Of a stretch of 64,000 bases of DNA, positions 11,443 to 22,230 are shown in pieces. Each line of letters opens with the position of its first letter. The stretch's first letter is position 1. The notes below the pieces were generated by a model. The model was not told the DNA's origin, made no database searches, and was given only the letters and a program-made list of their open reading frames with translations. Location: positions 574 through 64,573 of the forward strand of contig CAWDCF010000012.1 of the NCBI GenBank assembly GCA_963800765.1. Reading direction: 5' to 3'. A program made the position numbers and the translations under genes. The DNA comes from an uncultured Acidimicrobiaceae bacterium. Its GTDB lineage: Bacteria; Actinomycetota; Acidimicrobiia; Acidimicrobiales; RAAP-2.

Positions 11443-12564
11443 CTAGCTGAGCGCGGCCTCCACGGCGGCCCGCGCGATGTTGGCACCCCGGGTGCTGCCT
11501 GGAACGAACTGCATCTTGTTCGGCGTGTAGGCAATCGTGATGCCGAGGTCTTGATCCAAGAGGACCAGTGAGCCGAGTCCCGCCCAAAAACATCCTCGCG
11601 GACCGAGTGGCGTGACGCCACTCGTCAAGCCATAGCCCATTCCGAAATTCATCTCAATTCCGAGTACTTGATCGACGCCGTGTGCTTGCGTTTCGAAGAT
11701 TCGCGCGCCGGTCTTCTCGCTGAAGAATCGCAACCCGTTGAACTCGCCATTGTTGGCGACGATCGATTGGATCAACGCGACCGAACGCGCATTACCGTGC
11801 CCGTTCGAGGCGGGGATCTCCGCTGCGCGCCACCACCTCTGCCTCGGCCACGTAAAATCGATAGGTGGCGACATCCACGAGCGATACGCAATCGAACTTG
11901 GATCCATTCCCTCGACGACGTTCCCTTCGCCCGGGATCACGAAACTTACGCGAGCCTCTTCCGATTCGGGCAGACCAACGTGGAAGTCCGCGTCGAGAAC
12001 GTCGGTCACCTCGGACTTGAAGTACTTAGCAAATGACGTACCCGTGATGCGACGCACGAGTTCGCCAATCAGGTATCCCTGCGTGACGAGGTGATAGCCC
12101 GAAACCGTGCGGGACTCCCACCACGGAGCTTGCGCCGCGAGAAGGTTCACGCAGAGATCCCAGTCCGCGAGGTCCTCCGGCTTCAACGCTGTCTCGAAGC
12201 CGGAGAGTCCCGAAGTGTGACCCATGACGTGACGAACCTCGATGGACTCTTTGCCCCGCTGGGCAAATTCCGGCCAGTACTTGGCAACCGGAGCGTCGAA
12301 GTCGAGTTCACCGCGATCATGGAGCATCAACGCGACGAGAAAGGTCATGGTCTTCGTCACCGACCATACGTTCAAAATCGTGTCGCGTTGCCACGGTTCG
12401 GTCATCGTTTCGTCGATAAACCCACCCCAGATGTCCGCGACCAATTCGCCCCGCAACACGACGGCGACAGATGCGCCCACGTCTTCGCCGCTCGTCAACT
12501 GTCGTTCGAAGACGTCACGCAACGACGCAAACTTGTCGGTCGTGTGACCTTGAACGATTGACAT
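11443..12564 (-). CDS. Serine hydrolase, beta-lactamase/esterase family
   Basis: SxxK (WSVTK), HTSGL, GYH, FHVGLP, IPASNG motifs. Confidence 0.88.
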   Translation of the reverse strand: MSIVQGHTTDKFASLRDVFERQLTSGEDVGASVAVVLRGELVADIWGGFIDETMTEPWQRDTILNVWSVTKTMTFLVALMLHDRGELDFDAPVAKYWPEFAQRGKESIEVRHVMGHTSGLSGFETALKPEDLADWDLCVNLLAAQAPWWESRTVSGYHLVTQGYLIGELVRRITGTSFAKYFKSEVTDVLDADFHVGLPESEEARVSFVIPGEGNVVEGMDPSSIAYRSWMSPPIDFTWPRQRWWRAAEIPASNGHGNARSVALIQSIVANNGEFNGLRFFSEKTGARIFETQAHGVDQVLGIEMNFGMGYGLTSGVTPLGPRGCFWAGLGSLVLLDQDLGITIAYTPNKMQFVPGSTRGANIARAAVEAALS

Positions 12565-12891
12565 CGCTGCTCCAATCTTTGCATCACGTCCCCCGTGAAG
12601 TGTTCCAGACAATAGCGACTCGATTCTCGCGTGAACGAGATTTTCGGGAGCGACACGACAATTGCCGTCCGACGGTTACGTCGTTTGCAACCGCGATGAC
12701 TCATCACTTCGCAGAATTTCCGATCGTTGCTAAAGAGGGGTGCACGTCGCGTTTCACGGTCAACCATGATGCGAAGTCGTAACCCTCCGACCGTCGCAGG
12801 AAGATTGAAGAAATCTTCTTTCCGGCCGCTCGAAGTAAGTCGATAGAGTACGCGATGTGCACGAAGTGACTCTCGGGGGTGTCCGTGACGA

Positions 12892-13635
12892 ATGACTTCT
12901 CGGTTCGACCCGGGGCCTCAGGTCCGCCGGACCTCGACCACGGAGAGTCTGCCCGTCCCCGCGAAATCGAGCAAAGGAAAGGGCGCGCGCACTCGCAGCA
13001 AGCTGGTCCAGGCGGCCGAAGAAGTGTTCAACTCCTTCGGTTACTACGACGCGTCGATTGTCAAGATCACTGAGGCGGCCGGCGTCGCTCAAGGTACTTT
13101 CTATGTCTATTTTCGTAGCAAGAAGGAGATTTTCGACGAAGTCGTCGCGGATCTCAACCGTCGTGTTCGTCACGCGATGTCCGAGGCCGCTCGAGGGGCG
13201 ACGTCTCGTTTAGAAGCTGAACGCCTTGGTTTTGCTGGATTTTTCCGATTTACCTCAGAACATCCGGCTCTCTATCGAGTGATTCGCCAAGCGGAATTCG
13301 TCTCGCCAGGCGCACTTCGGAATCACTACGAAAAGGTGGCGGAGGGCTACGTTGCGCCGCTGCGTCAAGCCATGGACGCGGGTGATGTCACTCCTGGCGA
13401 TCCGATGATCTTGGCCTGGTTGCTGATGGCGATCGGCGAGTCCGTCGGACTTCGTTGGATTATCTGGGATGAGGCCAAGGCGGTTCCTCCGGAGGTCTTC
13501 GACGAGATGATGGTGATCATCGCACGCATGCTCGGCGGCAATACGAGTGCACCGTATAGCGATGGGACAACCGTCTATCCACCAACCTCGAGTGAGTTCC
13601 CTACAGGAGACGGCACCGCAACTGGAGCTGATTAG
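12892..13635 (+). CDS. TetR/AcrR transcriptional regulator
   Basis: HTH ITEAAGVAQGTFYVYFRSKKEIF. Confidence 0.9.
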   Translation: MTSRFDPGPQVRRTSTTESLPVPAKSSKGKGARTRSKLVQAAEEVFNSFGYYDASIVKITEAAGVAQGTFYVYFRSKKEIFDEVVADLNRRVRHAMSEAARGATSRLEAERLGFAGFFRFTSEHPALYRVIRQAEFVSPGALRNHYEKVAEGYVAPLRQAMDAGDVTPGDPMILAWLLMAIGESVGLRWIIWDEAKAVPPEVFDEMMVIIARMLGGNTSAPYSDGTTVYPPTSSEFPTGDGTATGAD

Positions 13636-13639
13636 CCCG

Positions 13640-15163
13640 ATGAGCGAGCTCACCACGAACCTTCACGTCATCGGTCGTTGGATTACAGAGCGTGCACGAC
13701 AGACTCCGATACGAAGCGCTATCGAATTCAACGACTGCACGATCACCTATGAACAACTCGAAGCGACGTCGAGTCAACTAGCTCGCGCGCTCCTCCACTA
13801 CGGGCTCTCCCCCGGTGACCGCGTGGCGACCCTTACCGAGAACCGACCTGAGCACGTCGCACTGTTTTTTGCCTGTGCAAAAGCGGGACTGATACTCACG
13901 CCCTTGAACTGGCGTCTCACGCCGCGCGAAATCGTCGCCCAACTTCAGACGTTCGAACCGGCTCTCGTCTGCGCGTCACCATCTCATCGACCACAGATCA
14001 ATGAGGCCTGTGACTTGATGGCGAACGTGCCCACCGTCCTTGATATCGAAGACCTCGAACGAGAGTTAGGACCGGTTGCAACGACTTACGAACTACCTCT
14101 CGTCGCGGACGACGACGGTCTGCTCATCATCGCAACGTCGGGGACGACGGGTGTCCCGAAGGGTGTGGTGTTGACACACGCGAATTGCTTCTGGACGAAC
14201 GTTGGATTCGACCTCGCCGCACCCATGGGCGGTGACGATGTTGTCCTGCAAGTACTGCCCCAGTTTCACGTGGGGGGATGGAATGTCCAGCCCCTTCTCG
14301 CCTGGTGGAAGGGGGCGACCGTCGTTCTCGAATCATCGTTCGAACCCGAACGAGTGCTCGACATCATCGAACGCCGAGGCATCACGACGATGATGGGCGT
14401 TCCGGCAACGTACCTGTTGCTCGCCCATCACCCGCGTTTCGAGAGTGCTGATCTCACCAGTTTGCGTCGGGTACTCGTCGGCGGAGCGTCGATGCCCCTT
14501 GCACTCATCGAAGCGTGGCAGTCACGCAACGTCGAGGTCGTTCAAGGTTATGGACTCACCGAGGCGTCGCCGAACGTCCTCTGCCTCGCACCCGAAGATG
14601 CCCGCTCACATCTCGGTTCAGTCGGAAAGCCGTACGCGTACGTGCAAGTCGCACTACACGATAACCTCACCGATTCATTTGTCGACGGCGAAGGACGCGG
14701 GGAAATCTACGTCAAGGGGCCAAACGTCTTTCCCGGATACTGGAAAAATCCCGCGGCAACCTCGGCCACGTTTGATGACGGATGGTTACGCACGGGTGAC
14801 GTTGCCGAGCGCGACGTCGCAGGGTACTACCGGATTTGTGGACGCGCGAAAGAGATGTTTATCTCCGGAGGCGAGAACGTCTACCCGGCGGAGGTCGAAC
14901 AGGTCATCGCCGCGTACCTCGACGTTGACGACGCGGCGGTCGTCGCCATCGAGCATCCACGCTGGGGCGAAACGGGCATTGCCTTCGTCGTCTCGAAGTA
15001 CGACGCCACGTTGGACATTGACAAACTCACGGAGCACTGTCGCACGAGTCTCGCGCCGTACAAAGTGCCGAGTCAGTTCCGCGTGCTCAGTGAACTGCCA
15101 CGAACTCCCGTTGGCAAAGTCGACCGAATTCGACTCACTGACCTCGCGAACAATCATTCTTAG
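13640..15163 (+). CDS. Acyl-CoA synthetase (AMP-binding, FadD/MenE-like)
   Basis: TSGTTGVPKG, GYGLTE, WLRTGD, ISGGENVYPAEVE, GKVD. Confidence 0.92.
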   Translation: MSELTTNLHVIGRWITERARQTPIRSAIEFNDCTITYEQLEATSSQLARALLHYGLSPGDRVATLTENRPEHVALFFACAKAGLILTPLNWRLTPREIVAQLQTFEPALVCASPSHRPQINEACDLMANVPTVLDIEDLERELGPVATTYELPLVADDDGLLIIATSGTTGVPKGVVLTHANCFWTNVGFDLAAPMGGDDVVLQVLPQFHVGGWNVQPLLAWWKGATVVLESSFEPERVLDIIERRGITTMMGVPATYLLLAHHPRFESADLTSLRRVLVGGASMPLALIEAWQSRNVEVVQGYGLTEASPNVLCLAPEDARSHLGSVGKPYAYVQVALHDNLTDSFVDGEGRGEIYVKGPNVFPGYWKNPAATSATFDDGWLRTGDVAERDVAGYYRICGRAKEMFISGGENVYPAEVEQVIAAYLDVDDAAVVAIEHPRWGETGIAFVVSKYDATLDIDKLTEHCRTSLAPYKVPSQFRVLSELPRTPVGKVDRIRLTDLANNHS

Positions 15164-15358
15164 AAACGTACGTTGATCAGGAGCCTTTCCTGTTCTCGAG
15201 CGTCAAATACTATTCACAAATCGAATGGGTCGAAGTCAGCGTCGTTGGTTGCCTCGACGTTGTCCTCACCCATAGGCACCGAACGACGTTCACCATCGCT
15301 GTGGCTATCCGAGACACATCGTTTGGCCGACGCGCTCTTGCGATGTGCTGTACATCTG

Positions 15359-15952
15359 TCACTTGACTTTTGCCACTGCCTTCGTAACAAAACCCTCGAA
15401 CTGACTGAGACTGACGGCCGGATAGTTTCCTTCCAACACAGCCACGACGACGCCACCCTTGCGAACGATTGCGTAGTCGGACCCCACCGTTACGTGCTTC
15501 CCGGCCAGAGTGATCGAATACACGACGCTGGCGTTGCCATAGTGAGGCATCCTCAATTGGCGTACGGTACCGGTGACCGGATATCCCTTCAGCACTCCGG
15601 ACACGCTGTGACAACTTGCGATGTCCGCTGCGATCTTCTTGTACGCAGCCGTGACACTCGAATAGGTGGTCATCGTCTCGACCAGCAAGGGCAAACTTCC
15701 TCGGCCAAGGAAATAGACCTCTTCGAAGTGGGTCTCCTTGACGCCCTTTGGCTCGAGCAGATGCGTGAGGCAACCCATCCGTAGGTCTTCGGTGGGCCGC
15801 TGCGCCGTCCACCCGGCCGGCATCTGGTGAATGCTCAGAGCCTCTGCTCGAAGCTGAGCCATCGACGTCGCAGCCGCTGGTGCAATGCCAACAACAACGA
15901 ACAGGAGTACCGAAACGACAAGTACGGCAGATATTCGAGTTTGTGACTTCAT
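15359..15952 (-). CDS. Secreted hypothetical protein (possibly PknH-extracellular-like fold)
   Basis: Hydrophobic signal peptide with AxA; two Cys; fold assignment is a guess. Confidence 0.6.
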   Translation of the reverse strand: MKSQTRISAVLVVSVLLFVVVGIAPAAATSMAQLRAEALSIHQMPAGWTAQRPTEDLRMGCLTHLLEPKGVKETHFEEVYFLGRGSLPLLVETMTTYSSVTAAYKKIAADIASCHSVSGVLKGYPVTGTVRQLRMPHYGNASVVYSITLAGKHVTVGSDYAIVRKGGVVVAVLEGNYPAVSLSQFEGFVTKAVAKVK

Positions 15953-16202
15953 ATTCCACCTCTCCAACTCCACGTCTACACCGTTGGGGATCAGCGGATC
16001 TAGGTACTTTCGTCACATCCTTTTGGCGACGCAGAAAGGTGGATTCTGGATTGATTTCGAACCATCACGTCAGCACATCGCTCGAAAACGGGATGATTTT
16101 AATGCGCTCACAATGTCAGCGCCCTTCACAATCGCGACACGGTTCAACAAACCACCAGGTGGAGCGCTCGCCCTCAAATCTTCAAGATCATGACACGCAG
16201 AT

Positions 16203-16508
16203 TCAAACTGGCTCTTCGACTTCCAGCACCGGATCCACATTGGTGAAATTGGGTAGATCTTCCATGAACGTGACGCCGTGTTCCAGAAATCCGGCCCCGA
16301 ACGATTCCATGCTTTCGAAGTACATGTGCAACAAAATAAGATACGCCGCAGGTGGCGAACCGGGAGTACTCACGCCACTCCAAATCTCATCCTTCAGTAA
16401 CGTCGGACCTAACTTCTCGCGCACCATCGGCATATGTGAGTCCAGGTAATACGCCTTGTCGAAGGTCGCTTCCTCACTGTTTGGATACAGGACGCTAACT
16501 CGAATCAT
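16203..16508 (-). CDS. EthD family reductase
   Basis: MIRVSVLYP...FDKAYYLDSHMP...DLPNFTNVDP pattern. Confidence 0.85.
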   Translation of the reverse strand: MIRVSVLYPNSEEATFDKAYYLDSHMPMVREKLGPTLLKDEIWSGVSTPGSPPAAYLILLHMYFESMESFGAGFLEHGVTFMEDLPNFTNVDPVLEVEEPV

Positions 16509-16863
16509 TTCACGATGCCTCTCTACTCAGCAGGGTGCTTCCTAGTAATGACCATCGCGAACCGATCCCAACGTTGCGTTCTTGGAACACGTAGCCGGAA
16601 GCCGTCCATCGCCGATCGTTACTGGCGAACCCTATACCCACAGAATGTTGCAAGGTCGGTTATTTCTCACGTTCTCCGAGCAGTCGCTGTGGGAAATTGC
16701 AGTCAATAGGAAGCCGGTGCTCCGTGGGCGAAGCGAGCACAATCGCACGCAGTTGACCGTGCACTATCTGTCAGGATTCGACCAATTCGTCGACGGATAC
16801 CACTCATGAATCTTGGAGTGCAACTTGTTCGGATCTGTTCCCCTCCAATCCCGTCCGGACATC

Positions 16864-17322
16864 TCAGGTCGATTGCGTCAACGTATCTGATGTTGACGAC
16901 CACGACACAAGTCTTACGTGGCGACGAGAGCGTCGCTGATCGGGCCGATGCCATTGAGTAGCTGCGCTAAGTTCGTCACTTAGTTGGTAGCGGGCAGCCA
17001 AGGCGTCGGGGTTCGTATAGCTCACCTTGGTACTGCCATCGTCGTCCCAGATGAGCATCTTGAGCGGGAGGTCGAGCGCAACCAGCGGCACGGATTGCAT
17101 CACCGGGGTTCCAGCAAGAGGACTGCCGAAGATTACGACTTTCGTGTCGCGTAACTCAAGCCCCGCCCTCCTTGCTTCACCACTGTGATCGACGATGGCG
17201 AAGAGTTTCAAGCCGCGTGATTCGATGAGTTCACAGAGCTTGGCGACGATGTCGACCACTAGACCTTTGACGGCCTTCGTCACTACCGTCTCGCTAGGGT
17301 CCATCTCATTGAAGTGACTCAT
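16864..17322 (-). CDS. DUF302 domain protein (C-terminus probably frameshifted)
   Basis: FAIVDHS...A...GLELR...VIFGSP..GTPVM...LDLPLK. Confidence 0.8.
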   Translation of the reverse strand: MSHFNEMDPSETVVTKAVKGLVVDIVAKLCELIESRGLKLFAIVDHSGEARRAGLELRDTKVVIFGSPLAGTPVMQSVPLVALDLPLKMLIWDDDGSTKVSYTNPDALAARYQLSDELSAATQWHRPDQRRSRRHVRLVSWSSTSDTLTQST

Positions 17323-17511
17323 GACGACTCCAGTCCTAAACGATCGGAATTCTCCAGTTCATCTGGCCCGAGGACTCAGGACAGGTCCAGTTGGCTAAAT
17401 CTAGAAGACCCAAACGGAATAACGAGGAATGGTTATCGCGACGAATTATGCTCACGCTGTGCCACCCGGGCCGCCAAGACGGTGCCCGTCATTTACCTAA
17501 TAGGAGACCGC

Positions 17512-17892
17512 ATGCGTACTCGGGCGCGTTCGAGTTTGAGTCGAAACTTCATCGTCGCATTCTGCGTCATCGGTTGTGCGGCACTCGGAGTCGGACCGGC
17601 GAATGCTGCGAGCAAGAACGTCCAGTTCCGTGGTACGTGGCATCTCTCAAATGGAGGGATCTTCCACGTCACCGCCGAGAACTTGACGACCGGAGTGTGT
17701 GCGCTCTCCGCGGTGGGAGAGTTCTCGACTAGCAAGTGTCTCGTGACGGGTCACCACTACGCCCTCACCGTCGTCCAGAAGGGTACGTCCTACCGTTCCT
17801 ATAACAGTGGGACGATCGTGGGCAACAATCTGACCGGTAAGTTCCACGACACCAATGGCACAATCGAGACCTACACGGGCGTGAGGACCTAA
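17512..17892 (+). CDS. Secreted hypothetical beta-rich protein
   Basis: AGGAG RBS; signal peptide ending ANA; GTW motif. Confidence 0.6.
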   Translation: MRTRARSSLSRNFIVAFCVIGCAALGVGPANAASKNVQFRGTWHLSNGGIFHVTAENLTTGVCALSAVGEFSTSKCLVTGHHYALTVVQKGTSYRSYNSGTIVGNNLTGKFHDTNGTIETYTGVRT

Positions 17893-17993
17893 CCGCCGAT
17901 CAAGAGTGCGTGACCGTCGCCCTGGCGACTAGGTCGCAGGGCCACCACCACGTGAAGGAAAATGCCGAATCGCGTTTTGGCGGAATTGTCGGA

Positions 17994-18986
17994 TCAATTG
18001 TTCATTCGGGCGGTTCCTCGCGCGAACTTCACACGGGGCCGATCAGCAAGGATGTTGAGGCGCTTGAGTTGTAGTTGATCGAGTGAGATGACCCCTGTGA
18101 GTGATAGTCGTCTCACCTGGTAACAAAGGTCGTACAACCAAAGCCTCTCCGTCAGATTTTCTCCGCCGAAGAGTTCTGGGTATCCGACGCGCAGCCACAC
18201 CAACATCGGCACATCAGAGTCACGAATCGGCCCCAAATCGGTCGCGTCTTCGATGTTCGGGTCATCGCGACAGGCGGCCTCCAGTTCCAAGTCTGACGGT
18301 CCAATACGCGCCCATTCGAAATCGAGGAGGGCGACCAGACGACCTTCGAACCACAGCGCGTTGGCGAAATGCGCATCGCCGTGCACTACGTGGCCGTCCC
18401 GAAATTCTGCGGCGGCGACAACTGACCCGAGGCTATCGATACGCCTTCCCACTCTTCGAAGGAGCTCTTTACTCATTCCGGTCGTACCTGCGAAACAGTC
18501 GAGCAGGACTCCGACTCGTTCTAGCGGTAAAGGCACGATCGTGGATGCCACGACCGCTTCTCGTGATCGAGGCACGGTCTGTGTTGACTGCAGCAACTTC
18601 TTTCGAATATCGAGCGGCGGCGCCCATTCGTACAGATTGCGCAAGACGTGTCCGAGGGCCTCGACGGCGTCGCGGCGAGCCTCCATCGATAGTGTCGACC
18701 ACACCAGATCGAGACGTTCACCAGGTATTCGTCGTAGCAACATCCACGCCAGGTTGGCAATTCGACCTGACGCCACAACGGACGCATGTGGAACTGAATC
18801 CGGGAGAGCGGCCAGTAGTTCATGCTCACGTAAGAGTCGTTCCCGATCGCCTTGCCAGCAGACCCGCAGTGCCAGTTCTTCGTTGACCCATACGTCGTTC
18901 GACCAACTCTCCACGAGATCGGCGTCGCGGAACTCAACCGGCAACTCTTGACGAACGATGGCAAAACGCGCAGTGGCATCGTTCAT
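17994..18986 (-). CDS. Aminoglycoside phosphotransferase-family kinase
   Basis: HGDAHFAN and LLDFEWA motifs. Confidence 0.85.
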   Translation of the reverse strand: MNDATARFAIVRQELPVEFRDADLVESWSNDVWVNEELALRVCWQGDRERLLREHELLAALPDSVPHASVVASGRIANLAWMLLRRIPGERLDLVWSTLSMEARRDAVEALGHVLRNLYEWAPPLDIRKKLLQSTQTVPRSREAVVASTIVPLPLERVGVLLDCFAGTTGMSKELLRRVGRRIDSLGSVVAAAEFRDGHVVHGDAHFANALWFEGRLVALLDFEWARIGPSDLELEAACRDDPNIEDATDLGPIRDSDVPMLVWLRVGYPELFGGENLTERLWLYDLCYQVRRLSLTGVISLDQLQLKRLNILADRPRVKFARGTARMNN

Positions 18987-19036
18987 GGTGAACTCATCGT
19001 ACGACGCGACACTTGCGAGAACCTGAGACCAACCAA

Positions 19037-19804
19037 CTACTGGGAGGTCATTCCTCCATCGACTGCGAGAACGCTTCCAGTCATAAAGCTCGTCTCGTCC
19101 GAGGCGAGGAAGAGAACGACATTCGCGATTTCTCGCGGCTCCCCCGGCCTGCCGATCGGTTGGAAGGAATCGATGGTTTCATAGACGTGAGCGAGGCCGC
19201 CCAGCATCTCGGCGTGCGCGTAGTTGATTGGCGTGTCAACCCAACCCGGGCAGATCACGTTGCAACGAATTCCACGTTTCGCGTAATCGAGTGCGACTCC
19301 CTTCGTGAGCATGACCGAGGCGCCTTTCGACGCGGAGTAGACGGCGAGGAAGGGCTCCGAGACGAGGCCATTGACGCTCGAAATGTTCACTATCGAACCG
19401 CCGCCCCCCGCGAGCATGTGGGGAATCGCCGCTCGGCATCCGTAGATCTGCCCTTTGATGTTCACTGCCAAGGTTCGCTCGATCACCTCATCGCTGACCT
19501 CGTGCAGGACACCGGGAATATTCACCCCGGCGTTGTTCACCAGGACGTCGAGCCTTCCGTACCGTTCGACCGCGTCGTCAATCATCGCGTCAACGGCCGT
19601 TGAATCGCTCACGTCAACTTGTCGCGAACTGGCAACGCCCCCGGCGGATCGCGCCAGTTCGGCCGTCTCCTTCGCGGACGCGCCGTTCAGGTCAGTGCAT
19701 AAGACGCGACCACCCTCTTCGGCGAGCCTGATGGCGGAAGCCCGCCCGATCCCGGACCCGGCGCCCGTAACAACGCATACCTTGCCAACGATTCGATCAC
19801 CCAT
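19037..19804 (-). CDS. SDR oxidoreductase
   Basis: TGAGSGIG, NNAG, YSASK. Confidence 0.92.
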   Translation of the reverse strand: MGDRIVGKVCVVTGAGSGIGRASAIRLAEEGGRVLCTDLNGASAKETAELARSAGGVASSRQVDVSDSTAVDAMIDDAVERYGRLDVLVNNAGVNIPGVLHEVSDEVIERTLAVNIKGQIYGCRAAIPHMLAGGGGSIVNISSVNGLVSEPFLAVYSASKGASVMLTKGVALDYAKRGIRCNVICPGWVDTPINYAHAEMLGGLAHVYETIDSFQPIGRPGEPREIANVVLFLASDETSFMTGSVLAVDGGMTSQ

Positions 19805-19823
19805 TCCCTCAACTCCCTCGGCA

Positions 19824-20633
19824 TCAACTACTTTCAATGATCTTCTGCAACGTTGTTCGTCTATCGAGCATCCAGGCGGCACTTCGCGTCCGCCAGGTCA
19901 CGGCCCAAAGAACGGGAAAGCCGCTGGGGCTCGGACTTACAGTATCGGGCACAACGTTGAATTCGATTGCTTCCGCGCGAGCGCTCCACACTGCCAGGTG
20001 AATCATTCGGTCGACGAAACCCACTCGGTCCGAGTAGTCAAGTCCGTAACCGTCCAGGATCAATCTCGCCTGCAACGCTCGTTTCGCTGCGTCGGGAAGG
20101 TCGTTCATTCGAGCGACGTCTTCGTCGTAGAGTTATGCGTTTTGCCAAGCAACATGAGCAAGTTCCCACACCGGATCGAGGGGTCCGGCGTTGTCCCAAT
20201 CGATGAACGCCACCGGTCGCCCCTCCTTCGCCAGGATGTTCCAGGGAGCGAGGTCGCCGTGTCCAATCACCGATCTCGGCCCCGTCATCTCTCGCACGAA
20301 CCACGGGCGCCAGTAGGCGTCCGATGGAGGTGTCCACTGCGAAGCGACACTATGAAGTTTGTGTAGGAGTTCCCCAATCTCATAGGTCGCCTCATTGGAC
20401 CATGCGAATGGCTGGGGGCTCTCGCCCTCGATGAACTCCAGCATCTCGCGACCGTCAGGAGCAAAGCCGTCACCGATCGGTCGAGGAGATGCGGGAAAGC
20501 CCTCACTTTCCAGAAACTTCAGGAGGTTGAGGACGGTCTTGCTTTGAGGCTTCGACGATCGGTAGACAACGTTGCCGACTCTCGTTACCTTCGATGTCGC
20601 TCCTCCATCGAGAGATACTTCTTCGTCATTCAC
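19824..20633 (-). CDS. Phosphotransferase (APH-like), frameshift near 20135
   Basis: HGDLAPWN and FIDWD motifs; C-terminus continues in ORF 19824..20108. Confidence 0.8.
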
Positions 20634-20678
20634 TTGCCAATCGTTTCACACTCACTCGGCGAGCGACATAATTGCCGC

Positions 20679-21452
20679 ATGTCAACTACCGAAAGATTCG
20701 AGCAACTCCTCGAGGAGGCAAATTCTGAACCGACCGAGGGCTGGGAATTCTCATGGCTAGATGGGAGGGCGACCGAGGCACGCCCTTCGTGGGGGTATTC
20801 CCACGCGTTGCGAGATCGAATTGCTCGTTCGAATGCTGTCTTGGACTTACAGACCGGCGGTGGCGAACGGTTTGCCGAGGTCCTTTCGCACATCGACCCC
20901 GTTCCTGGGCGCATCGTCGCATCCGAATCGTGGAGTCCAAATGTCCCAATCGCTCGACACAATCTCGAACGATACGGAACTTCGATCGTCCAGATCCCCG
21001 ATGACGCTGACTTTCCATTTTCCGACGACAGTTTCGACGTCATTTGTAGTCGCCACCCCACCACCACGTTGTGGAAGGAGATTGCAAGAGTGATGCAACC
21101 CGGAGGGACGTATCTTTCGCAACAGGTTGGGGTTGGAACGAACAGCGAACTCACGGATTTCATGATGGGCCCTCAGCCGATTTCAGATGTTCGAAGTACT
21201 CAACGGGCGGTCGCCTCGGCCACGTCCGTCGGACTGGAAGTGATTGATCTGAAAGAGGAGTCACTGCCAATTCGATTCTTCGATGTCGGCGCCGTTGTCT
21301 ACTTCTTAAGAAAAGTCATCTGGACCGTTCCAGACTTCTCCGTCGATGCTTATAGAACGCGTCTTCTGGAGATGCACGAACACATTGAGAGGACCGGCAG
21401 TTTTCAATCCCATTCGACGCGCTTCCTGATTGAAGCGAAGAGGCCCGCTTAA
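20679..21452 (+). CDS. Class I SAM-dependent methyltransferase
   Basis: LDLQTGGGE, FPFSDDSFDVICSRH, PGG. Confidence 0.87.
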   Translation: MSTTERFEQLLEEANSEPTEGWEFSWLDGRATEARPSWGYSHALRDRIARSNAVLDLQTGGGERFAEVLSHIDPVPGRIVASESWSPNVPIARHNLERYGTSIVQIPDDADFPFSDDSFDVICSRHPTTTLWKEIARVMQPGGTYLSQQVGVGTNSELTDFMMGPQPISDVRSTQRAVASATSVGLEVIDLKEESLPIRFFDVGAVVYFLRKVIWTVPDFSVDAYRTRLLEMHEHIERTGSFQSHSTRFLIEAKRPA

Positions 21453-21470
21453 GGGTTCTAACTTCGTTGC

Positions 21471-22166
21471 ATGGAGAGTCAGGCGAAGTTTGTCGCGAAT
21501 TGGGAACTTCAGGAGGTCAAGGGCGTCGTCGTCGCTATAGACGTGTTGAGGGCCTTCACGACAGCGGCCTACGCGTTTGGAGCGGGAGCAACTTCAATAC
21601 TTCTCGTCGGCACCGTTGCAGAGGCGTTGGACCTCGCTCGAAGTATTCCCGGAGCCTTAACGATGGGAGAAGTACATGGAGAGAGGCCGAAGGGATTTGA
21701 CTTTTCGAATTCGCCAGTCGCCATCGCCAACGCAGACGTGCAAGGTCGGGTATTGGTGCAGCGAACTTCCGCGGGCACTCAAGGCGTGATCGCCGCCGCA
21801 ACCGCGGACCGACTTCTTGCCGCGAGCCTCGTTTGCGCTTCAGCGACCGCGGCCGCGATCAACGCAATTGACGCGACGCCGCCGACCTACGTGATAACGG
21901 GACGCTTCGCTGACGGCTCAGACAACGGTGAAGACGATCTGCTCACCGCACAATTGATCGAGCGTGCGCGGCGTGGTGATCCCATTGATGCAGTTGCAAC
22001 GGCGAGAGCAGTTGCGCAAACGCCCTGGGCACTACAGATCCGTGGATCAGATAACGAACACGTTCATCGCCAAGACGTCCAATTTGCAACGGACGTTGAT
22101 CGCTTCGATTTTGCAATGGAGGTGGAACGTGAAGACAACCAAATGCGGTTGGTTCCAAGACGTTGA
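21471..22166 (+). CDS. 2-phosphosulfolactate phosphatase family (ComB-like)
   Basis: IDVLRAFTT, FDFSNSP, TSAGT, ED motifs. Confidence 0.88.
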   Translation: MESQAKFVANWELQEVKGVVVAIDVLRAFTTAAYAFGAGATSILLVGTVAEALDLARSIPGALTMGEVHGERPKGFDFSNSPVAIANADVQGRVLVQRTSAGTQGVIAAATADRLLAASLVCASATAAAINAIDATPPTYVITGRFADGSDNGEDDLLTAQLIERARRGDPIDAVATARAVAQTPWALQIRGSDNEHVHRQDVQFATDVDRFDFAMEVEREDNQMRLVPRR

Positions 22167-22230
22167 GTTTCGATCGATGGCGTTCGCATTACGGTATGTG
22201 CCATCGACCTACCCCACGGACGTTCGCGAA

